NCBI GenBank assembly: GCA_037481815.1
Contig: JBBFKX010000001.1
Span: 416,001-480,000, forward strand
Direction: 5' to 3'
Length of the DNA stretch: 64,000 nt
Origin: a candidate division WOR-3 bacterium
GTDB taxonomy: Bacteria > Hydrothermota > 32-111
Numbering within the stretch: position 1 is the first letter of the stretch; every line of letters begins with the position of its first letter. The notes beneath the pieces are model-generated. The model was not told where the DNA came from. It was given only the letters and a program-made list of their open reading frames with translations, and made no database searches. Of the stretch, positions 27,517-38,218 are shown piece by piece. Both the position numbers and the translations under genes were made by a program.

Positions 27517-29214
27517 ATGAAAAAAAATTTTAAAAACCTGAATTTTGAAATAACAGGATGGGATGATTTAAAAGAGTATTATGATGATATTCTGAACAGA
27601 AAAATAAATAATGACCAGGACCTTTTAGAGTTACTTGAAGATTTTTCTTCAATATCTGAGTTTATCTCTGAATCTTACGGCTGGGCTTATATAAACATGA
27701 CAAGGGATACACAGAACAAAGAATACCGAGAAAGATTTCTTGTTTTCAACGATCAGATTGAACCAAAATTGAAAGAAGTAAATTTTGAAATTTTGAAAAA
27801 GATCGTTAACTGTGAACAACTCTCAAAACTTGATCAACCAAAATGGGGACTTTTGATCAAAAGGTTCAAAAATGAGGTTGAAATATTTCGAAAAGAGAAT
27901 GTTCAGATAGACACAGAGATAACTAAAAAAACTATGGAATATCAACAAACGATCGGTAGTATGATTATAAATTTTAGAGGGAAAGAATACACTCTTCCGC
28001 AGATGGCATTGTTTTTACAGAGTAAAGACAGGGATGAACGGAAAGAAGCTTTTGACGCAGTTGTACAAAAAAGAATGGAATACGCTGATAGGATAGAAAA
28101 CATTCTATCAGAACTAACTGCAATGAGAAACCAAAAAGCAAAAAATGCAAACTTCAAAAACTATGTTGAACTCAGATTCAGAGAACTCGAAAGGTTTGAT
28201 TATGGAATCAAAGAATGTGAGGAGTTTCATAATTCTGTTTTAGAGGTCGTTACTCCAATCTATGGCGAGATAATCAAAGAAAAAACAAAGAAGTTGAATC
28301 TTGAAAGAATAAAACCATACGATCTATCGGCTACATTGTCCGACGAGGTTCTTTTAAAACCTTTTGAAAACACTGAAGATTTTATAGAAAAATCAAAAAA
28401 AGTGTTTTATTCTGTAGACAAAAGGTTTGGAGAAGTTTTTGAAAAGATTGTTGAAAAAAAACATTTAGATCTTGAATCAAGAAAAGGAAAAGCTCCGGGA
28501 GGGTACAATTATCCTTTATACAAGACAGGTTTACCTTTTATATTCATGAACAGTTCAGGTGTCCACTCCGATATGAAAACACTCATGCATGAAACAGGAC
28601 ATGCTGTTCATACTTTAGCAGTCAAAGATCTTTTTACATACTTTTATAAAAGCACTCCATCTGAAATCGCTGAATTCGCTTCTATGGGGATGGAACTCCT
28701 GACATATGATAGATGGGACATTTTTTACAAAGATCAGCAGTCATTGAAACAGGCAAAGAAAAAACATTTGGAGAACATTATAGGTTTTTTCCCGTGGTGT
28801 GCTGTTGTTGATAAGTTTCAACACTTTATTTACTCAAAGGAAAATATATCCTCATCTGAAAGAAAGGAATATTTCAAAAGCATTTACAATGAATTTTCAG
28901 AAAAATTTGTAGATTGGTCAGATTACGATGAGTATTTGAAAATATCATACCATAAACAGTTGCACATTTTTGAAATGCCTTTCTATTATATTGAATACGG
29001 TATCGCACAACTTGGTGCTTTACAACTCTGGATAAACTACAGAGAAAATCCAGAAAAAACTATAGATGATTACCTTTCAGCTTTACGGGTTGGTTCTTCA
29101 TTGCCGATTTCTGAAGTTTACAGAATAGCGAATGTTAAATTTGATTTTTCCAGAGATATGGTTGAAAAATTGATCAGATTCACTTTTGATGAATACAAAA
29201 AGGTTGCCTGTTGA
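27517..29214 (+). CDS. pepF: M3 family oligoendopeptidase F
   Basis: HETGH zinc motif, GKAPGGY, EFASMGME, PFYYIEYGIAQLGA; AAGGAG RBS. Confidence 0.92.
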   Translation: MKKNFKNLNFEITGWDDLKEYYDDILNRKINNDQDLLELLEDFSSISEFISESYGWAYINMTRDTQNKEYRERFLVFNDQIEPKLKEVNFEILKKIVNCEQLSKLDQPKWGLLIKRFKNEVEIFRKENVQIDTEITKKTMEYQQTIGSMIINFRGKEYTLPQMALFLQSKDRDERKEAFDAVVQKRMEYADRIENILSELTAMRNQKAKNANFKNYVELRFRELERFDYGIKECEEFHNSVLEVVTPIYGEIIKEKTKKLNLERIKPYDLSATLSDEVLLKPFENTEDFIEKSKKVFYSVDKRFGEVFEKIVEKKHLDLESRKGKAPGGYNYPLYKTGLPFIFMNSSGVHSDMKTLMHETGHAVHTLAVKDLFTYFYKSTPSEIAEFASMGMELLTYDRWDIFYKDQQSLKQAKKKHLENIIGFFPWCAVVDKFQHFIYSKENISSSERKEYFKSIYNEFSEKFVDWSDYDEYLKISYHKQLHIFEMPFYYIEYGIAQLGALQLWINYRENPEKTIDDYLSALRVGSSLPISEVYRIANVKFDFSRDMVEKLIRFTFDEYKKVAC

Positions 29215-29238
29215 CAATTGGTATAAGGAAGTTAGAAT
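29211..29238 (+). promoter_or_regulatory. Sigma70 promoter for leaderless ftsK
   Basis: TTGACA-N16-TAGAAT, then 6 nt to the ATG at 29245; no SD. Confidence 0.7.
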
Positions 29239-29244
29239 TATTTT

Positions 29245-31614
29245 ATGTTATCTAAAATATTCTTTTTTGTATCAACATCATTTTATATTTTAATGATCTT
29301 TTTTCAGTTTAAAAAAAGAGGGCTTTCTGAAAATAAAAAACTTTCAAACTATATCATTTTTATATTTCTTCTCGTAATTTCATTATTTTTAATTTTATCC
29401 TTTTTTAACTATGATATCCATAACACTCAGAGTGAAAACAGAGAAAAAAATCTTGGAGGCCTGGTAGGTTATTTTATATCTGAAAAAACATTTCAATTTT
29501 TTGGAATCGTTGCTTTTTTCTTACCAACATTTTTACTCTATTCCGGACTTGGTTTGATTCTAAATTTCAAAAATATTTTTTTCCCTTCGATCCTTTCTGT
29601 GATCCAGATAATTTTATTCCCAATCTTAATTGGTAATATCACAAATAACCCCGAACTGAGTGGATTCTGGGGTGACAGAACATCAGCTAAACTCTCCCAA
29701 TATTTTGGAAATATTGGTTTGACCTTGATAATATCTTTTGTTTTAATCATTTCAACAGTTCTTTTAACAAATCCAGATTATATATTCGAATTCGTTAGCA
29801 GGATGCATCAGAAAATCTCAAAAAATAAAGATGAAGAAAGTAAAACACATCCAGATGATGAGAATTATGAAGAAGAAAATCAAGAAAAAGAAGAGGAACC
29901 TTCTGTTGAAGAGAATAAAAGAAAAGAGAAAAAAAGAAAAAAAGTTTCAATAAGTTCACAATTGAAGCAGGAGATAGATTACAAAGAACTTTTAAACGAC
30001 CAGTTCAAAAAAGAGTTTTTGGATTATCTTGAAGATCCTCCCAAAATAAAAGAGGGAGCGAATGAGGAAGAGATCAATCAGAATATAAAAATTTTAGAAG
30101 AAAAGTTGAAGTACTTCTCAGTAGATGGAAAGGTTGTGAATGTCAACGTTGGTCCCGTTATAACAACTTATGAGTTTGAACCAGCACCGGGAATCAAAGT
30201 TAACAAGATTACATCACTCTCAGACGATCTTGCACTTGCGATGAAAGCAAAATCGATAAGGGTTTTAGGACATATACCCGGTAAATCAGCGGTAGGGATC
30301 GAAATTCCGAACAGAAACAGAGTAACAGTTTTTCTTAAAGGTCTCTTAACTGAAAAAGAGTTTTTAGAAAATCCTGATCCAACAACCGTTGTCATCGGTA
30401 GAGATACTGAAAACAATCCAATTTTTGCGCAAATTTCATCAATGCCACATCTTCTTATCGCTGGAACAACTGGGAGCGGAAAATCTGTATGTATAAATGG
30501 AATAATAGCATCCATACTGTTCAAATCTCAACCTGAAGAGGTTAGATTTTTGATGGTAGATCCAAAAAGAATAGAACTATCGATTTATAATGGAATACCA
30601 CATCTCGAAAGGCCTGTCATAACAGATTCGAAAGAAGCTGTTTTGATGCTTAAAGAGTTAACCGAATGGATGGATTTAAGATACAAAGCCTTTGCAAAAC
30701 TGGGAGTCAGGGATATAACCGAATTCAACAAAAAAAGTGATAAGAAAAAGCCATACATAATTGTAATCATCGACGAGATGGCTGATCTTATGATGACGGG
30801 TTCAAAAGAAATAGAAACACATATAATAAGGTTAGCACAGATGTCAAGAGCTGTTGGAATACATCTGATACTTGCAACACAGAGACCATCTGTTAACATC
30901 ATCACCGGATCTATAAAAGCCAACTTTCCTGTAAGAATATCATTCAAAGTTCCTTCAAAAGCTGATTCAAAAACGATAATCGATACATCCGGCGCTGAAA
31001 AACTTCTTGGAAAAGGTGATATGCTCTATATCCCACCTCAAAAAGGAGTAATCGTTAGAGCACACGGTGCTTACATAAAAACAGAGGAGGCAACAAATAT
31101 AGTGAATCTCTGGGCAGAGACATATATGAAAAAACTTTTTGAACAACAGGTAAAAGATCCTTCTAAACTCGCAAAATTAATAATCGAAAATGAACTGATC
31201 CAGTGTATAGCGAACCCCTCAAATACTCCAGGTTGTGAGTACAGAATAGAAGAGTTTGTCGAACAATACTCCGATGAACTACAGATCGAAAAAGAGAAAC
31301 TAACGGAGATCTTAACACAGACGGTCTACCATATCCCTATCGAAGAATCAGGTTATACTCAAAATATCAGAAACTCTCAAAATTTTGAAGGGGATTTCCA
31401 AAATGATGATGAACTTGACCCTCTGTTCGAACAGGTCAAAGAATTTGTTTTAAAACATAAGGAGATTTCCACAAGTATGATCCAATCATATTTTAAACTT
31501 GGATATCCAAGGGCTGCAAAGATTACAAGACAACTTGAAAAAAACGGAATAATCGGCCCTGCAAACGGTTCAAAACCAAGAAAAGTTCTTTTGAACAATG
31601 AAAAAAATGATTGA
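29245..31614 (+). CDS. ftsK: DNA translocase FtsK/SpoIIIE
   Basis: N-terminal TM segments, MPHLLIAGTTGSGKS, IDEMADLM, ATQRPS, GAEKLLGKGDML, gamma domain GYPRAA. Confidence 0.96.
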   Translation: MLSKIFFFVSTSFYILMIFFQFKKRGLSENKKLSNYIIFIFLLVISLFLILSFFNYDIHNTQSENREKNLGGLVGYFISEKTFQFFGIVAFFLPTFLLYSGLGLILNFKNIFFPSILSVIQIILFPILIGNITNNPELSGFWGDRTSAKLSQYFGNIGLTLIISFVLIISTVLLTNPDYIFEFVSRMHQKISKNKDEESKTHPDDENYEEENQEKEEEPSVEENKRKEKKRKKVSISSQLKQEIDYKELLNDQFKKEFLDYLEDPPKIKEGANEEEINQNIKILEEKLKYFSVDGKVVNVNVGPVITTYEFEPAPGIKVNKITSLSDDLALAMKAKSIRVLGHIPGKSAVGIEIPNRNRVTVFLKGLLTEKEFLENPDPTTVVIGRDTENNPIFAQISSMPHLLIAGTTGSGKSVCINGIIASILFKSQPEEVRFLMVDPKRIELSIYNGIPHLERPVITDSKEAVLMLKELTEWMDLRYKAFAKLGVRDITEFNKKSDKKKPYIIVIIDEMADLMMTGSKEIETHIIRLAQMSRAVGIHLILATQRPSVNIITGSIKANFPVRISFKVPSKADSKTIIDTSGAEKLLGKGDMLYIPPQKGVIVRAHGAYIKTEEATNIVNLWAETYMKKLFEQQVKDPSKLAKLIIENELIQCIANPSNTPGCEYRIEEFVEQYSDELQIEKEKLTEILTQTVYHIPIEESGYTQNIRNSQNFEGDFQNDDELDPLFEQVKEFVLKHKEISTSMIQSYFKLGYPRAAKITRQLEKNGIIGPANGSKPRKVLLNNEKND

Positions 31615-31642
31615 TCTATACACCTTCTTACTGTAAAACAAT

Positions 31643-34210
31643 TTATTCTTTTAATTCTTCAATTTTCTTTTTTATCTCATTTAAAAATAAGAGAGATTCA
31701 ATCGGAGTGATGTTTTCCAAATCTTTCTCAGAGATCATCCTGATGATATCTTCAAATCTTTCCTTTTTCTCATCATTTTTGAAAAGCGAAAGTTGGGAAA
31801 CGACCCTCATCTTTTCTTTCACATTCATCTCACTTTCTTTAAGAAGTAACAGGATCTGGGAAGCATTCTCGATTATTTTTGAAGGGAGGCCGGCCATCTT
31901 TGCAACCTCAATCCCATAACTTTCATCCGAACTTCCTTCAACAATCTTTTTTAAAAAAACAATTTTATCCTCATACTTTCTTACCTTTGCGGTCATATTG
32001 AACATTTTTGGTAACTTCGATCTCAACTCTGTTAACTCATGGTAATGTGTAGCGAACAAAGTTTTAGGAGATCTTTCAAGATCGTGTATGTATTCAATTA
32101 TCGCCCATGCTATCGACAATCCATCAAATGTCGATGTTCCCCTTCCAATTTCATCGAGGACTATAAAACTTTTTTCCGTCATGTTTTCAATGATGTTTGA
32201 ACATTCAAGCATTTCAGCCATAAATGTTGAAACACCTTTTGAAAGATCATCACTTGCTCCTATCCTTGTAAATATTCTATCCGTTAGTGGTATCTTCGCT
32301 TTTTTAGCAGGGACAAATAGTCCTATATGAGCCATCAATATAATCAAAGCGTTTTGCCTGAGATAGGTCGACTTACCTGACATATTGGGACCTGTTAAAA
32401 GAATCAGAGATCTTTTTTCGTCCATATAAAGAGAGTTTGGAACAAATCTTTCATTTCTGTTCACCATCTCTATCACGGGGTGTCTTCCATCTTCAATATA
32501 CAGTTCATAAAAATCGCCTATCTGGGGTCTTGTATAATCATTCTCATATGATAGAACAGTATAGGAATACAAAAGATCTATTTTCCCAATGTAGATCGAA
32601 ACTTTTTTTAACTCAACATAGTACAACGATAACCTTTCTATAAGTTTTTCATAAAGTTCTTTTTCAAGTTTGTTCAACCTTTCTTCAGCAGTTAAAATTT
32701 CTATCTCATACTTTTTCAATTTTTCGTTAACAAACCTTTCTGCATTTTTCAAAGTCTGTTTCCTTATATAATCTTTTGGCACTTTATCAAGATTTGAGTT
32801 TGTGATCTCTATATAGTATCCCATCACGGTTGAATAACCGATCCTCAGATTGTTTATACCTGTTCTTCTTTTTTCTTCATCTTCCATCATAAATATAGAT
32901 TTTGAGCCCTCCAAAGATAATTCTTTCAATCTATCATATTCCGGATCAAATCCTTTTTTAAAAAATTTCTCTTTTTCTCCATCAAGAACAATGTTTTCAT
33001 CTATAGAAATATCTATCAACTGTATGATCTTTTCTACAAGATCTTTTTCAATCTCAAAAATATCAATGGAGAGATCTTTAACAATATCCGTAATTCTGAT
33101 AAAACTTTTTAAAGATTTTTTAAGGTTTATAAGATCCCTTGGAGTTGCCTTTTTGGAAGCGATCCTTGCATTGATCCTTTCAACATCTCCAACTTCTGAT
33201 AGAAGAGTTCCAAGAGATTTCACAAGATCAAATTTTAAGACCATTTTTTCAATGTTGTCATAAATTTTATTTATCGTGTTCAGATCATTGTAGGGTGATT
33301 TCAAAATTTCCCTTAAAGTTCTACCGCCCATTGGAGTTTTCGTTCTGTCAATAGCAAAAAGAAATGAATTTTCATACTCTCCATTACTTCTTGTGAATAT
33401 TTCAAGGTTTCTTAATGTCTGGCTATCAAGAACCATCCTTTTTGATAGATCTATATACTCAAAATTTTTTACCTGTTGTAAATCTGTCGAGTAAGTTTCT
33501 TTGATAAACAGTAATAACGCTCCAGTAGCTCTTATGAGTTTTTCATCAAGATTTTTAATTCTTTCAACTTTTTCTATACCAAACTGTGTTTTCAATACTT
33601 CCAGACAATCATCCAGATCAAAAAAATTTTTATCTATAACCTTTATTTCCTTTTCTTCGACTCTCAACTTTTCATTTGAAACTATCTCTTTTATATCTTT
33701 ACTTTTTAGAAAATGGATAATATTCTCACCATTTTTAAAATCATAAATGAACATATCTCCAGTTGAGATATCGAGAGTTGTTACAATAGTTTTTTCATCA
33801 AAAATATATACAAGAGCAAAATAGTTGTTTTCTTTTTCTGAAAGTAAAGATTCCCTCATTATCGTTCCGGGAGTAATCACCTCAACCACTCCCCTTTTTA
33901 CAAGTTTTACATTTTTTGAAGGTTCTTCAAGTTGATCGGCTATTGCTATCTTTTTTCCGGTTGAGACCAACCTCCTTATATAATTATCAGCTGACTTTAT
34001 CGGGAAACCAGCAAGAGGGATCTTTTCTTCTCCATATTCTCTTGATGTCAGGGTTATGTTGAGTATCGATGCTATAAATTTTGCATCATCATAAAAAGTT
34101 TCATAAAAATCACCCATTCGAAAAAGCAAAATGGAATCTTGAAAATTCGATTTTATCTCTTTATACTGTTTCAATATTGGAACATCTTTCTCCTTCATAT
34201 CATTCTCCAT
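31643..34210 (-). CDS. mutS: DNA mismatch repair protein MutS
   Basis: FRMGDFYETF, TPGT, GRHPVIE, TGPNMSGKST, STFMAEM, DEIGRGTST, ATHYHEL. Confidence 0.97.
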   Translation of the reverse strand: MENDMKEKDVPILKQYKEIKSNFQDSILLFRMGDFYETFYDDAKFIASILNITLTSREYGEEKIPLAGFPIKSADNYIRRLVSTGKKIAIADQLEEPSKNVKLVKRGVVEVITPGTIMRESLLSEKENNYFALVYIFDEKTIVTTLDISTGDMFIYDFKNGENIIHFLKSKDIKEIVSNEKLRVEEKEIKVIDKNFFDLDDCLEVLKTQFGIEKVERIKNLDEKLIRATGALLLFIKETYSTDLQQVKNFEYIDLSKRMVLDSQTLRNLEIFTRSNGEYENSFLFAIDRTKTPMGGRTLREILKSPYNDLNTINKIYDNIEKMVLKFDLVKSLGTLLSEVGDVERINARIASKKATPRDLINLKKSLKSFIRITDIVKDLSIDIFEIEKDLVEKIIQLIDISIDENIVLDGEKEKFFKKGFDPEYDRLKELSLEGSKSIFMMEDEEKRRTGINNLRIGYSTVMGYYIEITNSNLDKVPKDYIRKQTLKNAERFVNEKLKKYEIEILTAEERLNKLEKELYEKLIERLSLYYVELKKVSIYIGKIDLLYSYTVLSYENDYTRPQIGDFYELYIEDGRHPVIEMVNRNERFVPNSLYMDEKRSLILLTGPNMSGKSTYLRQNALIILMAHIGLFVPAKKAKIPLTDRIFTRIGASDDLSKGVSTFMAEMLECSNIIENMTEKSFIVLDEIGRGTSTFDGLSIAWAIIEYIHDLERSPKTLFATHYHELTELRSKLPKMFNMTAKVRKYEDKIVFLKKIVEGSSDESYGIEVAKMAGLPSKIIENASQILLLLKESEMNVKEKMRVVSQLSLFKNDEKKERFEDIIRMISEKDLENITPIESLLFLNEIKKKIEELKE

Positions 34211-34940
34211 AAACTATCCATGCGGGTACGGTTTCAGCTTTTTGAAAAATTTTTAAAAAACTTTTCGCATCCTGTTCGTTTTTAAACTTTCCGATTCGTA
34301 CTTTGTATAGATTCTCTTCAAAAACAATAAAAACATCATAACTCTTATCTTTATACTTTTTAAAAAGATTTTCAGCGTTCTCCTTATTTCTAAAAGATCC
34401 TATCTGGATCGAATAAAATTTATCTTTTATTTGAGAATGTTTCGATTTTTCCATTGTTGAAAAATACTTTAAAAAAGGACTGGATCCAACTTCGTTTGCA
34501 AAACTTGAGATCCAGTAATTGGCATTGTTTATATCAGCATAATTTTCATATATCCCTATTATTCCCAGATAAGCGTATTCTATTGTCCTGCTATCTTTTA
34601 AAGAAACCAATTTTCTATAATATGTCAACGCTTTTGAACTATCCTTTGAAAGTGTGTAATATTTTGCAATTCGAAGAAGTGTTAAAGGATAAAAAGGTGA
34701 ATCTTTATATTTTTCTTCAATGACTCTGTAATAATTCAAAGATAATGTCACATCGTTAGAAAGTTCAGCAATATAAAAATAGAGAGAACTTGGCACCTGA
34801 CCATTCTCTTTAACAGAATCGAGTAGCGATTTTAATGTTTTGTAATCACCCTTTAAATAAAGTTCTCGTAAATCTGCTGTAAAAGAAGAATTAAAAATCA
34901 AAATTATACCAAAAATAATAATAAAATTTTTCATATTCAC
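34200..34940 (-). CDS. Exported TPR-like + SPOR domain protein
   Basis: Signal peptide, helical TPR-like repeats, C-terminal YSIQIGSFRNKENAE...YKVRIGKF SPOR motif. Confidence 0.85.
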   Translation of the reverse strand: MNMKNFIIIFGIILIFNSSFTADLRELYLKGDYKTLKSLLDSVKENGQVPSSLYFYIAELSNDVTLSLNYYRVIEEKYKDSPFYPLTLLRIAKYYTLSKDSSKALTYYRKLVSLKDSRTIEYAYLGIIGIYENYADINNANYWISSFANEVGSSPFLKYFSTMEKSKHSQIKDKFYSIQIGSFRNKENAENLFKKYKDKSYDVFIVFEENLYKVRIGKFKNEQDAKSFLKIFQKAETVPAWIVYGE

Positions 34941-36226
34941 CTCATCTTTACTCCATAAGGAGTTATTCCTTTTATTTCCAATATTTTTACTATCACCTTA
35001 TCTCCAATACCTATATTTTCGCCTGTCAAAACAACACTCCTGTTGTGTTTGTCCCTTCCATAAAATTCCTTTATGTTTTTTTTGCTTAATTTTTCTATTA
35101 TAACCTCAACTTCCTTACCAACAAGTTGTTTTAATTTTTTATCTTTCAACAACCGCTGTGCCTGTATGATTTTTTTTAACCTTTCGGAAGAAACTCTTTT
35201 ATCACAATCATCCATAAAATAAGAAAGAGTATTTTTCCTTCTTGAAAATCTATACATGAAAGCATCATCGAATTCAATTTCCTGAATTAGTTTAAGAGTT
35301 TGATTAAAATCTTCCTCCTCCTCATATGGAAGACCAACCATAATATCTGTAGTTATCGAAATATCTTTAACTATTTGCCGTGATATTTCAATTTTGTTTC
35401 TGTAATCTTTTACAGTATAATCCCTATGGAGAAGTTTCAAAAGTTTATCCGATCCTGTTTGAACAGGCAGGTGAAGATGAGGACAGATGTTCTCATAATC
35501 CGCCATCAGTTTAACTATATCGGGTGAAAAATCTTTTGGATGTGAAGTTAAAAATCTTATTCTTAAATCTTTAAACTGTTTTGCAACATCTTCAAGAATT
35601 TTAACAAAATTATAAGAACCATGTTTGTAAGAATTCACATTTTGTCCAAGGAGCATTATCTCTCTGGTTTTTTCATTTCTATTCAATTTTATATTTTTTA
35701 TAACATCTTCTCTGCTGAAAGATATCTCCTGTCCTCTAAGGTAAGGAACTATACAATAAGAACAGAAATTGTTACACCCTTTCATAATTGGAATACTTAA
35801 GGTAAAACCAGTATCCCTTAAAACATAAGAGTAATTCCCTTCTGAAACTATTTCAAACTCTTTAAAATTTTGACTCTTTATCAATTCTGGGAGTTTTTCA
35901 TATTCCGTTGAAACTATAAAGGATTCATCGACAAGGATATTTTCATTCTCAAGTGCTTTCGCAAGACAACCTGCAATTATAAACCTTTTCCTCTTTTTTT
36001 TACCTTTCAAACTCTGGATGAATCCTAATGCTCTTTTATGTGCATGTTCTCGTACAGAACAACCGTTAACAATAACAAAATTTGCATCCTCTATATCAGA
36101 AACTTCAAGAAAACCACTCTTTCTGAGTATCGCACTTATGGCCTGACTGTCATAATCGTTCATCTCACAGCCATAAGTTACAATTTTAAAAGTTTCTTTC
36201 TTCACAGAAGACCTTCCCATCAACAA
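34937..36226 (-). CDS. miaB: tRNA methylthiotransferase MiaB
   Basis: TYGCEMNDYDS, CSVREHA, CNNFCSYC, LLGQNVNSY, TSHP, C-terminal TRAM-like region. Confidence 0.9.
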   Translation of the reverse strand: MLMGRSSVKKETFKIVTYGCEMNDYDSQAISAILRKSGFLEVSDIEDANFVIVNGCSVREHAHKRALGFIQSLKGKKKRKRFIIAGCLAKALENENILVDESFIVSTEYEKLPELIKSQNFKEFEIVSEGNYSYVLRDTGFTLSIPIMKGCNNFCSYCIVPYLRGQEISFSREDVIKNIKLNRNEKTREIMLLGQNVNSYKHGSYNFVKILEDVAKQFKDLRIRFLTSHPKDFSPDIVKLMADYENICPHLHLPVQTGSDKLLKLLHRDYTVKDYRNKIEISRQIVKDISITTDIMVGLPYEEEEDFNQTLKLIQEIEFDDAFMYRFSRRKNTLSYFMDDCDKRVSSERLKKIIQAQRLLKDKKLKQLVGKEVEVIIEKLSKKNIKEFYGRDKHNRSVVLTGENIGIGDKVIVKILEIKGITPYGVKMR

Positions 36227-37370
36227 AATCTAAAACTTTCACTTTAATAATATCACCTTTTTGAAATTTATTATCATACTTCAAATATCCATCAAAATAC
36301 CTTTCACTCTTTCCTTTGATCATATCATCTTTAAAACTTTCGAAAATTATAGTTTCGTTGATACCCTTTAACGATTTCAAAAACTCTTCTTTTTTCTCTT
36401 TATGTAGTTTTCTCATAATTTCCATTTTCTCTTCTACCTGTATTTTCGTATCTTTTACATTTTCGAAATAATATGCTAAACTTTCCTTTCTCCTCGAGAA
36501 AGGAAAAATATGAAAATGCGAAAAATAACTTTCTTTAAAGAACTCTACCATTTCGATAAAATCTTGATCAGTTTCAAATGGAAAACCAACTATGATGTCA
36601 CAACCAAGCATCGGTCTATCAAAATTTTCTTTGAAAGCGATCATGATTTCTTTGATCCTTTGAACATTATATTTTCTTTTCATCATCTTCAAAACTTTTT
36701 GTGAGATATGTTGTAATGATAAATGAAAAAATGGAACAAGTTTTTTTACTTTCGCCATTCTTTCGATACCCTTTTCATCGATTTCATTTATATCAAGTGA
36801 TGATAACCTTATCCTTTCAATCGGTTTTTCAGCAACAAGATTCACAAGATCTACAAGATTTTTCCCTTCATTACTGAATCGTCCAATATGAACCCCTGTT
36901 AACACTATCTCTTTTATGTTATTCTTTGACAATTCTTCAACCTCTTTTAAAATCATTTTCACATCTCTACTTTTCTCCTCACCCCTGTAATAAGGAACAA
37001 TACAGTAAGAGCAAAAACTGTTACAGCCGATCTGTATGGGTATTTCAACTCTTGTTCTGTTAATATAAAATGTGTTTGAATGAAAAGCATCATTTTGATC
37101 TATATATTCTATATTTTCATTAAGAAGATTTACATCGTAACATCCTATAACTTTAATTTTTTTTTCAGGGAATCTTTTACTCATTCTTTTCAAAATTGTT
37201 TCGAACTGTTTCTGTGAGGTTTCAGTGACAATACACGATGAAAGAAGAATAATATCAGCATCATTTGGGTTATCACAAAAAGTGTGTCCATCTACTAAAT
37301 TCTTCCCTATATATTTTTTTGTCAAAGTTTGATTCAACTTACATCCCATCTGATAGAAAAATATCTTCAT
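36186..37370 (-). CDS. mtaB: Methylthiotransferase, MtaB-like
   Basis: GCKLNQ, CIVT, CNSFCSYC, EIVLTGVHIG, RIRLSS, HIFPFS. The ATG at 37370 overlaps the rfbD stop (track gives 37415). Confidence 0.85.
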   Translation of the reverse strand: MKIFFYQMGCKLNQTLTKKYIGKNLVDGHTFCDNPNDADIILLSSCIVTETSQKQFETILKRMSKRFPEKKIKVIGCYDVNLLNENIEYIDQNDAFHSNTFYINRTRVEIPIQIGCNSFCSYCIVPYYRGEEKSRDVKMILKEVEELSKNNIKEIVLTGVHIGRFSNEGKNLVDLVNLVAEKPIERIRLSSLDINEIDEKGIERMAKVKKLVPFFHLSLQHISQKVLKMMKRKYNVQRIKEIMIAFKENFDRPMLGCDIIVGFPFETDQDFIEMVEFFKESYFSHFHIFPFSRRKESLAYYFENVKDTKIQVEEKMEIMRKLHKEKKEEFLKSLKGINETIIFESFKDDMIKGKSERYFDGYLKYDNKFQKGDIIKVKVLDFVDGKVFCEERNF

Positions 37371-38218
37371 CCTTTCAAATCCACCTTTAAAAAATATTCC
37401 AGAGATTCTTTCCAAAACTTCATAAGGTTTATCCCATCATCTTTTAAAACTCTATTCTCGAGAACAGAATATGAAGGTCTTTCAGGATAAAGGCCTTTTG
37501 AATCTCTCGTTTTTATTTTTATTCTAAGTTTCATAATCTTTTTTATCATAAGAGCGAAACCGTACCAGCTCGTTTCTCCTTCATCCGTTGAATGGATAAT
37601 ACCGGAAAGATCATAATCTATGATCTTCTCAACCTGTCTTGCTATATTGTAAGTATAGGTTGGAGTTAATACCTGATCGTTTACAACCGATACATCTTCT
37701 TTATTTTCAGCCTTTTTTAAAATAAATGAAACAAAATTGTATCCTTTTGATTTGCTCTCGCACCTTCCATATAACCCGCTAACCCTCAAAATTTTTGCAT
37801 CAGGATTGTTTTCAAGTATCATACGCTCGCCAATATATTTTGATAAACCATAATTGTTCAAAGGATTACATCGATCACCTTCAATATATGGTTTTTTCTT
37901 TTTACCATCGAAAACATAATCAGTAGAAAAATGAAAAAACTTAATTTTATTTTTATAACAGAATTTTGCCATAACTGTTGGAAGATTAGAATTCATCAAA
38001 AAAGCATCTTTGATAAATCTTTCACTTGATACAACATCAAGATATGCTGAACAGTTTATCAAAATATCGTATCTGTTTTTTATAAAACTCAAAAAATCAT
38101 CAATTTTCCTTATATCAAATTTTTCTTTGCCACCACCATCAACAAGATATTTTTTGGAGAGTACCCTTTCAAGGTCATAACCCAGTTGTCCATTTTTCCC
38201 GATAATGTAAATTTTCAT
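37367..38218 (-). CDS. rfbD: dTDP-4-dehydrorhamnose reductase
   Basis: GKNGQLG, STDYVFDG, YGLSK, DQVLTPT, RPSYSVL. Confidence 0.93.
   Translation of the reverse strand: MKIYIIGKNGQLGYDLERVLSKKYLVDGGGKEKFDIRKIDDFLSFIKNRYDILINCSAYLDVVSSERFIKDAFLMNSNLPTVMAKFCYKNKIKFFHFSTDYVFDGKKKKPYIEGDRCNPLNNYGLSKYIGERMILENNPDAKILRVSGLYGRCESKSKGYNFVSFILKKAENKEDVSVVNDQVLTPTYTYNIARQVEKIIDYDLSGIIHSTDEGETSWYGFALMIKKIMKLRIKIKTRDSKGLYPERPSYSVLENRVLKDDGINLMKFWKESLEYFLKVDLKG

Noticed and set aside
31611..31919. 102-aa + strand ORF starting at the ftsK stop
   Set aside because: TTG start, almost entirely antisense to the mutS 3' end, with S/F/I-rich shadow composition.
34937..37370. Tandem methylthiotransferase genes as a novel duplication
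   Set aside because: The motifs fit the two known paralogues MiaB and MtaB, and their adjacency is unremarkable.
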